From positions 59,148,001-59,212,000 of the forward strand of contig OX597820.1 in assembly GCA_951406725.2 (NCBI GenBank): a DNA stretch of 64,000 nt. Reading direction: 5' to 3'. Origin of the DNA: Octopus vulgaris. Taxonomy: Eukaryota. Below, in pieces: positions 52,479-64,000 of this stretch (position 1 is the stretch's first letter; each line of letters opens with the position of its first letter). Made by a program: the position numbers and the translations under genes. The notes under the pieces were generated by a model. That model made no database searches and was not told where the DNA came from. It saw nothing but the letters and a program-made list of their open reading frames with translations.

Positions 52479-55400
52479 TTAACATGTAAAACATGTTTAT
52501 ATTTAAACAAAGATAAACATAAACAATAAACAAATTTGACTTATTAACTAAATTTGTTCCATTAGCATACGTGTGCATATGTGTGGAAAAATTTACAGAA
52601 GGAAATATTCTTAAAACTCAACTAAAATACTAAGGAAAAGGAGTTTTTTAAAAATAAAATATAAAATTTTCTAATTTCATACTGTTTAGACCAACCCCAC
52701 CCTAGAGCAGAACATTTTTTTCTCTCCAGGCAGTGCATCTAGAACTTCATTAGTCAATGTTCCTGTTTTTTTATTTAAAAATAGTAGAGTGCAATTCAAG
52801 GAAGATTAGGCTAGTATTTAGAGAAGGTCAACCAACTACATAGAGGTGCTCTTGTTGGCTAGATTTTCTAAATGTTTATATTGATTTTATTTACAGACAT
52901 TTAACATCAACAAATTGATTCGTCTGGAGTTGTAGCAGCTGTTCTTACCATTTTACTACTCACCATTGTAACTCTGAAGACAAGGATTTTAAATCAGCTT
53001 ATGCTAAACTCCTGGCCTTAAACTCTAGCTAGTCTTCATGGGGTAACAAGTTGTTTTTCTTGTTACACGATTATGAAGAAGGCATTACAAGAGGGTGGGG
53101 TCAACAGTTTCAAGGAAGGAATTATTAGTATTTCAGAAACAATACTGTTTCTGACACCATCATCTCCAGCTTCCTTTCATTTATGATAACAGTCTTTGTG
53201 CATTTATCATATGCACCTCTGCAAGTCTGTATATCTATATCAGTCACTGCATGTTTATTTGGAGATATACATACCCAACAACAATACTAGTTGTTTAGCC
53301 TTAGGTCAACCCTACTTGAGTGAACCTGTGAAGAAAAACTTTCTAGTCATGACCATTCCATCTTTTTTTCAGGTGATGTCTACTTTGGAATACATTACCC
53401 AATAGGCCAATCCTTTTTTCAGATGGCCAAGTGTGATTTGAAGGATATTTAGGTAAACAACTGGTCCTTAGCACATGCATAGATACTGATGACCAGTTGT
53501 AAATGACTTCAATGTAGCCGTAAGAATAACAAGATCTGTTGTTACATCTTGTAACAGGCTAAATATGATTGGAACATTATCAGTGGCATAAATATATATA
53601 AGTTACACAAGATGATGATTATATACAAGATTATATTTAATAGTAATATATAGTGGTGATAAAACACAATAACAACACTTGGTGGATGCAAAACAGCCAT
53701 AATGCAAAATAGTGACTATATACAACATAAGAGCAAAACAGTGATTATAAACAAAACTATATTTTCTGGCAGACAAGCTGAATTTTTCAGACCAAAATTT
53801 ACTGCTACAAAATGGCAGGTTAACTTATAAACACCAAGTCAGCTTTGGAGGACCAAAAATTCTATGTGAAATGCAGCAGGATTTGGAAAGACAGTGATGG
53901 CTGAATGTTCACATTATATACCACATCAATTTGTATGCCAGAAAATACAGCAGTAATAACATATACATTAGTAACAAATATCATCATCATCAGCATCTAT
54001 TTTCCATGCTGGCATGGTTACAACAGTAATGTAAGGTGGTGACTATTTACGACAGTAACACAATATACTGACTATATACAATAGCAACACAGGCAATGCA
54101 GTTCAGATGTACTGAAAGTTGATAAATAAAATTGTAGAATGTAACATAGATGTGTAATTAGCTATAGTACAAGTCAGTGACTAATATTGACTAAAGTTTA
54201 GAAATTAGGTCTATCTGTAGACTAATTGTGACTGACTGTAGACCAATATAACTAGATTTAAATGCTTTCGATGAATAACAATATTGTTAAAGATTTCCAG
54301 TCACTAGTTCATTGGAATTTCTGAAGATGAACAGTGTTTAATGCAATGCAAATCAAATATTTCAAAGAACTCTGACTATAAGAGATTGTTATTGTTTCCT
54401 TGAGATGTTTATATCTGAAATACTTCGCCAAAAGATACACACACACATACTATACAGGCATGGCTGTGTGCTTAAGAAATTTGCCTCACAATCACACAGT
54501 TTTAGGCCTGGTCCCATTGTCTAGGACCTTACGCAAATGTCTTCTTTTATAGCCCGAGAAAGAAACCCATCATAAATGAGTGTATGCTTGTGAATCCTGG
54601 TCATATTATTCACTAATTGTATACAAACATCACCATCATACAAGTAGTATTGTTTGTTTACAAGCTTCCATGAAAATATATCCAACCATTTATTGCCTTT
54701 GTGTTTGAAGGACTTGGAGAAATATTACCTTGCTTACAAACAGGTGGAGGTTGACAATAGGAAAAGCATCTGGATGTAGAAAATCTGCCTTAACAAATTT
54801 CATCCAATCCATACAAGCAGATGTTAAAATAATGATGATAAACTATATAAGTATATGATGACTCTGGCACTGATTTTGTCTACTAAATTCTATTCACAGG
54901 CTATTGTAAAAAACCTCACATAAAACAAAACACACATACAAGGTTCTGTGTATTGAGATTGAACTCTGAACTATGTAGTTGAGGAGCAAGCTTTTTGACT
55001 ACACAACCAAGCTTGTGTCCATAGAAAACAATATATATTATTCAATATAAATAGTCTCCTATCCAGTGGAGGAATTTGTTTTTATTTGCTTAGCACTTAT
55101 AGGAACCAAAGAACCAATTATTTTTTCCCCATAAATCATTATGACTCAGAAAAGGATTAAACATTGTAAGTAAATTTCTCTATCTGCTACTAATTGTAAT
55201 ATTAAAATAAGTTTATTTCAAAATAACACACTGAATCTGAAGAACACTTTGATGAGCTACATGTTCTACAGACTGATGTTTATATTAGACTTGACGTGTA
55301 CACACACACACTACATGTGCTGGAGTCCATTTTCTCTTATTTGAAAAAAGTAAATACTTGCATGCATGTTTACACACACAACTCTGTTTATTTGATTTAC

Positions 55401-57014
55401 ATCTGCTTTCCATGATGGCGTGAGTTAGGTGAATATATGCTATTGAGTTTTGTTTTACATCTGGAAAATGTTTCTGTTACTAACCCTTATCTGTTTTTTG
55501 TTTTTTTCCTCTCAAGTAAGAGATCTCTCATTCCATGTTTTTGAAAGCTTGGAATTAGCAAATGATTAGTCAAAAAGGAAATGGTAACATGCTTCACTAT
55601 TTGTAATACAATTCATTTTTTTTTCATTTGAAGAGTGCAAAACATTAAAATTCACACAGATGCACACATGTACCATTTCTCACTACCAAATTCACTGTCA
55701 AAGCATTGGTCAGCCTGGGCCTACAGTGGAAGACACTTGCCCATTGTGCAGTGCAGTGGGACTGAACTCAAAACCAAGTTTCAGAAACAAAATTTTTAAC
55801 CACATAGCCATGCCAAATATTAGTGATGTAATACTAAAGGATAAAGGATATCGAGTTTATTCACATATCTATTTAGAGTCCAATGGGTTTGCCCACTGGA
55901 GTTTCATGAACTTAAATATTTCAGGTAACCTGAAATAATGTAGAACTTAAAATTGGAGAAGTGACCAAAACTATAGTCTAAATGTGTGCATATCTCTACG
56001 AGATTTAAAACTAGCTGCTTCACTCACACTCACACACACACGAAGAGGCATAGCTATGAGGTTAAGAAATTTACTTTGCAACTACATGACTCCTGGTTTT
56101 AGACTATCATGTAGCACCTTAGTCAAGTATTTCCACTATAGTTTCAAAGTGACCAATATATTGTGAGCAGAATTTGGTTGATAGAAACTGAATGGAATCC
56201 CAATGTACTGTGTGTGTGTGTATGTGTGTATTAGATTCAACAGTACTACTTGTTAAAAACTAGCCTTGTGTCAAAAGAAAGGTACTTAGCTATTCAATAA
56301 AATAAATACCAGACTGAAGTAAGTACCAGGGTTGATATAGTTGAATCAAACCCTTGAAGCATTGCCACAGCATGTCACATTTAGGACTCTGCTTAACTTT
56401 TTTTTTTTTTAATATGCTTTAATATGAAAGGGGGATATGCTTTTATGCTAGCAATATCTTTTACAACTGATTGTCTTTCAAACCATCTAAATGTATACTG
56501 TGAAGCCTGGGTGAGAGAGAACCCTTTTCTTTTTTGTCCATTAGATTGTGGCTTTGTCAGTTTGGCAATGTGGCTAAAAAGTTTCCATTACAAACACATA
56601 GTTTTAGGTTCAATCCCAGCATGTGGCATTTCAGGCAAGTGTCTCTTACAGAACCCTGTCATGACAGTGTGTGTGTATGCGTGTCTTTATTTATATCCTG
56701 TAACTTAGTGGTTTGACAAAAAAAAGGTTGATAAAAGAAGTATAAGATTTTAAAATAAGTACTGGGATCGATATGATCAACTAAGCCATTGAAAGCAGTG
56801 CTCCAGCATGGCCACAGTGCAGTGACTGAAACTGGTAAAAGAGTAAAAAGTATGCAAACAAAAACGTGCATTTTGCTTAGGTGTGCAACACAATAGCTGT
56901 AGTAAGAACTGAACTCATGATCAAGTGGTCAATAGTCCAGCACCTTCAACTCGCAGCCATTGCGTTTGTTGCATATGCCAGGAATTGTGACATACAAGGA
57001 AGGGGAACACATCA

Positions 57015-57578
<564 letters not shown>

Positions 57579-58919
57579 CTAGAGAAAGAAAAACAAAATT
57601 ATATTAAAAATTTATATATATAAATATATATTTAGGAAAAGAGGTGGAAATGATGACAATCATGGCTGTGATGATGACAGAGGTGGTGGTATTGAAGATA
57701 TTTGTGTTGTTGTTCACCTTAAGCTATTATTCCATTCAATTTTTTTTATTAGGAATGATGTAGAAGATGACAATAAAGGTGATAAGGATAGCAGCATGTT
57801 GTAGATTACCTTAAATAACAACAAAAGACTATTTGCATGAAAAGATATGAAAATCAATTATAATTACTTTTAAAAAGCACCACAGTACTTCTTAATCTAG
57901 AGAAGGCTAACTGGACCCATTAGATCAGAAGTGGACATGTTTTTTTTTTTTTGTTTTTAGAACTAGTAATTGCAAAAGAAGCTGCAGGAGACGGGGGGGG
58001 GGCTGTATCTGTGCTGAAAAAAAAAAATGAAACCTTGATTTTAGAAATTCAAAGATATGTATGTCTTAATACTCAGCAAGATTAATTAAAATATGGTAAT
58101 GCCTTATCAGATAGGTGAAATGCTTTAAATATTGAAATCTCAAAGATGCCACAGAGATTAACATTTTAAATTTAATAAAATTTTTATTGAGAATGTTTGC
58201 TCTAATTTGCTTTGGAAAGATGAGATGATGATGGGGTTGATGCAGTGGTAATTCTTTGTTGGCTTGCAAGATTAATCCTTTTGTTACCAACCCAGCTGAA
58301 ACCGGGTCTGGCTCTGAGTACAAATGTCTTGTTTTCATAAGTTTTGAATTAAAATCTTCCACCAAACCTTAATCACAATTTATGTCCCAAACACTAGCTG
58401 AATTATAACTAAGTTATTTTACTAAATTCTTTGCTATATTTAAAGTAATTGAAAAAAGTTGGCCAAAGCCCTGTCAGTAAATTTGGTAGATGGAAACTGA
58501 AAGAAGCTCATTGTAGTGTGTGTGTGTGCTGCATTGTCTTGAGATCACGAGAGTTGTAAATGAATGTCACTGTTGTATAAGCAGTATCAGTCATTCCTAA
58601 TCTTCCATGTAAACATATCCACTCGTAGGGGAAATATTACCTTGTTAGGAAATGTGAAGGTTGGCAGTAAGAAGGGTATCCAACTGTAGAAAATTTGTCT
58701 CAACAAATTCTGTCTGACTGATGCAAGCATGGAAAAGTGGATGTTAAAACAATGATAACAACAACGGTGATTACTCAAAGTGAAAAATTATCAATTACAT
58801 CTATAGGCAATTTATAACATTTCAAAATGTATAAATTAAATTTGTATATCTAAGTATAACCTAATTGTAAATTAACTTAAATTGTAAGGAATCAGAATCA
58901 TTATCTGGCATTGCATCAA

Positions 58920-60070
58920 AGAGTTTTGCATATTCATTCTCCTAGTTCATGATTTTGTAAATACTGAAACCTCTTTTGAAATTGGTCCAATAAAATTAAA
59001 TACACTAACATCATTAAAATACACCAGCATACACCAACATCATATATGGTTTTTGTTCTTTCAGTGTTGGAAAATATAAATATAAGTGTTTTTGTAGCCA
59101 ACTTATGAGCAGCAACACTGATTCAAAGCTCTTGATATTGACACAAAGAAAAGAAATAAAGGGATTTGACCCTTGTATTATTAAGCTTAAGAGAATTACA
59201 TAGTTAGTGGTAATGGCCAAAAATAATGACAAGTCACATAACATTTTTGGTTTTCTGATTCCATAATGAGAATGCTTTTAACATTCATGAAGACTTTCAC
59301 TTCATAGAAGCCACTGCACATGTATCTTTTGCTTGGGCAGCAAACATCACAGCAGTATGATAGATCACCATACTCAGCTTTAAGGTCCTTCAAAATTTCT
59401 GTAAATTCTCTTTAATTTGCTGGGCAATCTCTTATTTAGTGTGAAGTTAATACAGTATATTACCACATTCATCGCACTGTTCATTCTTTGAAATTATGCC
59501 CAATGTTGGTGAATAAAGTAATGACACACTATTAAGTATCAGAAACCAGTTGGTAGTTCAACAATTCATTCTTAACAAGTTTTTTTTCCTTTTTTCTCTT
59601 TCTAGATTCTTCCATAATTGGCCAACCATCTAACTACACTGCAGATATTTTCATAGGGTAAACTAAATTATCTTACAGCTAATTTGACCTCAGAAACTTT
59701 TTTGCATCTCTAGCAATTTTATGCATCGATTTTACAGCAAGTATATATATATATATATATTCTATTATTGTAAATTTTTCCATTATTCCACATACAAATC
59801 AAGCCAACTGTGCTTTATTTACTATTTGTTGTCCCATAAAACAAAAATTTTGATGTTGCTTATTTCAGGAATATTTGGTTACTATTCGCCATATTTTTGT
59901 TCTTCTTGATAAAGTAATATTCTCAAGTTAAAATTTGTGCAGCAATAAGTATACTCTCTTATAAACAAACCTTTTATGTGTAATTTCACTCGCTTTGCAA
60001 TTGGCTCTCATACTACATAACTTGCTTGTTTGGAAGAAGTACTTTCAGTAATATGCCTTTTGAAAATATA
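58920..60070 (-). pseudogene. Decayed hAT (Charlie/SPIN/GTF2IRD2-like) transposase; outer limits uncertain
   Basis: LKAEYGDLSYCCDV..PSK (cf. EYGDLLY..EVRWLSRG), CDLSLFLAIT...IQG...IKSFE...YFPTL, then QFQKRF. Confidence 0.75.
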
Positions 60071-60072
60071 TT

Positions 60073-60276
60073 TTCTTTCTTTATTGCCCACAGGGAGCAG
60101 GCTAAACATAGAGGGAAGAAACAAGGACAGACAAAGGGGTTAAGTCAATTATATCAATCCCCAGTATGTAACTGGTACTTATTTAATCGACCCCGAAAGG
60201 ATGAAAGGCAAAGTCAACCTCGGTGGAATTTGAACTCAAAATGTAACAGCAGACAAAATACCGCTAAGCATTTTGC
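60073..60276 (-). mobile_element. 5'-truncated family-A SINE with a 17-bp TSD
   Basis: ccttttgaaaatatatt at 60056-60072 and 60277-60293. Confidence 0.9.
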
Positions 60277-63276
60277 CCTTTTGAAAATATATTGTTGTTT
60301 GCATTAAGTTTGTTTATAAAATGCTTCCTTGTCTAAAGGTTGGGACCTCTTTCAGTTTTTAGTATTGCTTATGCTTGGTCAAAATTGTACTTTTTATAAA
60401 CTATAACCAAATATTTACAAAGAACACAGAAACACACATTTTCTATTTACTTGTATGAAAATTAAATATTTGTCTATCTTTTCATCAAAGAACTTTTGCA
60501 GCATCCTTATTTTCTGTTATTAACATTAGTCATTGCAGAAAGGATTAACTTTTATACATTGACTTAAAATATTTAGCATAAATGAACAATAAATGTTGAC
60601 AGCATTCAAAATTATTGTAATGGTACAACAAGCAATGAACATAAATTCACACTGACTATTCATTTCCACTGTAAGTACACAAGACAAAATTAATGCCCTA
60701 GAGTAAAAAATAAATGCTAAATGTTAATTCGCTGTAATAAAAATGTGACTTTTACATCATTAATTCCTATATACTCTGTTCATGATTAATGTCACAAAAC
60801 ATACATTCAAGCTAACAGAAATTGCTTTATGCCTTACAGGTTGGTGAAAGCAACTTAAATTACTATTTTGGTCTTATAGCCCAAACTATGACTTTTAAAG
60901 ACATTGTAAGTGGGTAAGGTTCAAATCGGAATGTAAATGAAAGTTTGTCCATAGGTGGAGATGGGATTCTTTATCTCTGCTCCAGATGAATTGAAAATAA
61001 AACCATAGAAACAGTAAATTACTATGACACAAGTGAGAATGTAAATGTAGTTGACTGTATTGACCCAATACTTGTTTTATCACTACCCCTAAGATAAGGT
61101 GAAATTGACCTTGAAAATACAAGATAATTTGTCCCCTTTCTTTACTGTTTCTACCATCTATGGCCCTAATTATTATGATAAATGCCCTGCAGTATCTTTT
61201 TCTTTTTTTGTATTCTCTATGCTCTGAATTTAAATCCCAGCAAGGTTAACTTTACCTTTTTAATCCTTTCATTGTCTATATACAAAGTAGCAATCCAGGA
61301 CAGTGGATTAATGGAAATAGCAGTGCTTTGATATATCTATTCTTGCACTTTGTATTCTGATGGCAATGCTTATAACAGCACTAGTGCCAAGTTGTATCAG
61401 TCTTTGCCATTTTTCTTGAACAACATCAGTGGTACGGAGAAGGTACTTGCATGGAATTGCTGGTTCTCCACACATACAAAAACATGCCTAGGCCTGCCTG
61501 TGCATTGGAAAGAAACTTGACAGGTGCAGATTTATGACCTCGTGAGACCCAAGGGCCACAGAAAATGTCAGATAACATTTTCCATGACAGTAGTATATTA
61601 ATAATCAATGTTACAATACCAAATTACTACAATGTTGTGCAAAACTAACTGAAAAGCTAAGGAATTATATTGAATTAGCCTTTGAATTATTTAAAAAGAA
61701 AGATTTTTGCAATTAACATTTCTAATTAGGACAAAACTGAATAATACACAAGTATTTCAGCAAATTATCTGAAAGGATAAATGCAAGCACATTCAGAAAG
61801 TAGTAGTATTAGATTATGTAAATGTTGTTAAGACATTCTCACACAGCATTTGTTCATTTTCAACATGTCTATGTAATTTTTTTAAAACAGCTTATGCAGG
61901 AAAGAAAACCCTTGATGAAGTTTTCATAACATGGATAATATAGGTAATAACAATAATAACTTCTAAAATAGGCATAATACCACAAATATTTGAGTGGGAG
62001 GGTTATATAGTTGGCTAGATCAACTCTTCATTTTAACCCCAGAAAGATGAAAGATCTGAGAAAGAGTTGAACTTGAATGTAAAAGTATGTAACTAAATAT
62101 ATAAAAGTTGTTTTGTCTAGCTTGCTTCTAATTCTGCTCTCTACCACTCTAATAATAAAAATATTTATGAACACAGGCACAAGGTCAGAAATTCCTAAAA
62201 AGGAAACAGTAGGCTAAATCAATCTCAGTACTCAATTGGAACTTGCTACTACACAACAACAGGAACAGGAAATGAATAAAAACCTGATTCAAAAATGGGA
62301 GAAATAAACCATTTCATAATAATTATAAACAATAATATACCAGAGTGACATCAATTAAAATATTTCACCAAATAGATGCCAAATTTCTGACCTAAACTAT
62401 ACGCTAAGTACAATTATGCAGAAGATACCTCTAGTAGCAGGCACACTGTTAAGCTATGAGGGAGACTCAAAGCAATTCCCTTAATCTGCTAGGAGTAGTA
62501 GCCAAATTTTCTACAAATCAGATTCCACTGTCTTAAAAAGGAAGAACACAGACACTACACCGTAAGATAAAAAAAAATTTAAATGATAGGATGGTCACAG
62601 CAGAAAAGCCTTTGATGATAGGTTTCTGACTATATAAAAATACAGACAAAAAAAACTGACATTAAGGAAACAATGACAGCATGACTAGAACCACATTATT
62701 TAATGAGTCCTTTCTTTTTTAAGATGGTAGAATTTAGTTGAAAAGGGTTTGGCTGCCATTTCTAGCAGATAAGGTAACTGCATGGATGCAGCTGTGTCAA
62801 TTTGATACCACTATGTGCAGTATAGGCTAGTGTGTAATGGTATAATTTATAGTGGTGCACTGAGGTGCAGCATAGCATATGATTTGGTTTTGTTTAATTT
62901 TAGGTTAAGCCTTGTTCTGCATTTGATTTTAATATTACTTCCTGTAATTACATGACATACAATCATACATTGTCAACAAATAAAACAGCCATATTTCACA
63001 AGTAAACAATAAAATGGAAACAAAAATGAGGTAAATTCCTAAATGAATCTATAGGCAAAACATATAGTTATTATCATATTGACATTGTTTTTACTTCTGA
63101 TTTTCTATACTGGTATGGGCTTTTTGGAGAGGTAGTTTATGATCCAGATGCCGTTCTTGATACCAACCCTTTTAGCTACCTCTTACAAAATGCAGGTACA
63201 TGACATGCTTATTCTAAAAATCAGGATACATATGGTACAAGTAAGATATAAATTTATAAATCTGGTTCAACAAGTA

Positions 63277-64000
63277 TAGTGAAGAATTCAATGTACAAGT
63301 AGGGGTTCACCAGGGATCGGTGCTCAGCCCCCTCTTGTTCATCATAGTCCTCCAGGCAATAACAGGAATTTAAGACAGGCTGCCCCTGAGAGCTCCTCTT
63401 TGCTGATGACCTTGTTCTTATAGCTGAATCACTATCAGAACAAGAGAAGTTCCAGGTCTAGAATCAAAAAGGGCCTTAGAGTTAAACTAGCGAAATCCAA
63501 AGTCTTAGTAAGTAGGAAGGCAGACAAATCACAAATTCCTTCAGGTAGATGGCTCTGCTCAATCTGTAGAAAAGACATAGGTAGAAACTCCATAAGATGC
63601 ACCGGTGTAAGCTTTGGACACATAAAAGGTGCAGCAATATCAGAGGAAGGTTAACAGAGAAAATAGTTTTTGTATGGGTAAGATGCACAGGTACAATAAA
63701 CACCGAAAATATACAGAAAACTGCTAGGGAGGTAAGCTAGAGGTAGCAGATGGCTTCTGGTATCTAGGTCGGCCAGGTTAGTTGTGGAGGTGGTTAATAA
63801 GAGAGCGTAGCTGTGAGAATAAGATTAGGCCGGGCAAAGTTCGGAGAGATCCAACCCCTGCTGGCAACTAAGGGCCTCTCCCTCAGAATGAAAGGCATAT
63901 TGTATGATGCCTGTGTGCGAACAGCTATGCTACACAACAGTGAAACATGGAATGTGACAGCCGAGGCTTGAAAGAAATGAAGCCATTATGCTTCGCTGGA
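63277..64000 (+). pseudogene. Second RTE LINE copy, 5'-truncated and decayed; runs off the window
   Basis: HQGSVLSPLLF, FADDL, CSICRKDIGRNSIRC, YDACVR.AMLHNSETW; homologous to 46355-50620. Confidence 0.9.

Noticed and set aside
57810-57870. Candidate TMEM259 first exon ending ...LLLFK|gtaatc
   Set aside because: No similarity to the conserved RDRLFHALF...EF..LLK block; the real exon probably lies beyond 64000.

Overview
AT-rich, repeat-dense animal genomic DNA, most likely a cephalopod such as Octopus (inferred from the SINE/RTE repertoire and (TA)n/(CA)n richness; not provable here). Two spliced host genes lie on the minus strand. MCPH1/microcephalin: 5' part only, coding exons 3410-3584 and 740-944 (N-terminal BRCT domain), continuing off the left edge. 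TMEM259/membralin: nine exons from 57578 to the stop at 25519; all phases join into one frame of 657 codons; the first exon was not found in the window. The rest is a layered transposon record: tRNA-derived SINEs, RTE LINE copies with (GAT)n tails, a young CR1-group LINE with an intact 962-codon ORF2 nested in an RTE, decayed mariner, Helitron, hAT and CR1 coding relics, several MITEs and a 37-bp minisatellite. Top candidate: a 363-nt-period Penelope/retrozyme-like unit at 40842-41404 carrying a minimal type-I hammerhead ribozyme (U3-A8 core variant) at the tip of a long stem. Other leads: a MITE with a telomeric-repeat core, a 168-bp copy of the TMEM259 stop-codon region inside a rearranged SINE, and an ATG-less LINE ORF2 overlapping ORF1 in the -1 frame. 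All homology calls come from recalled motifs, not database searches.
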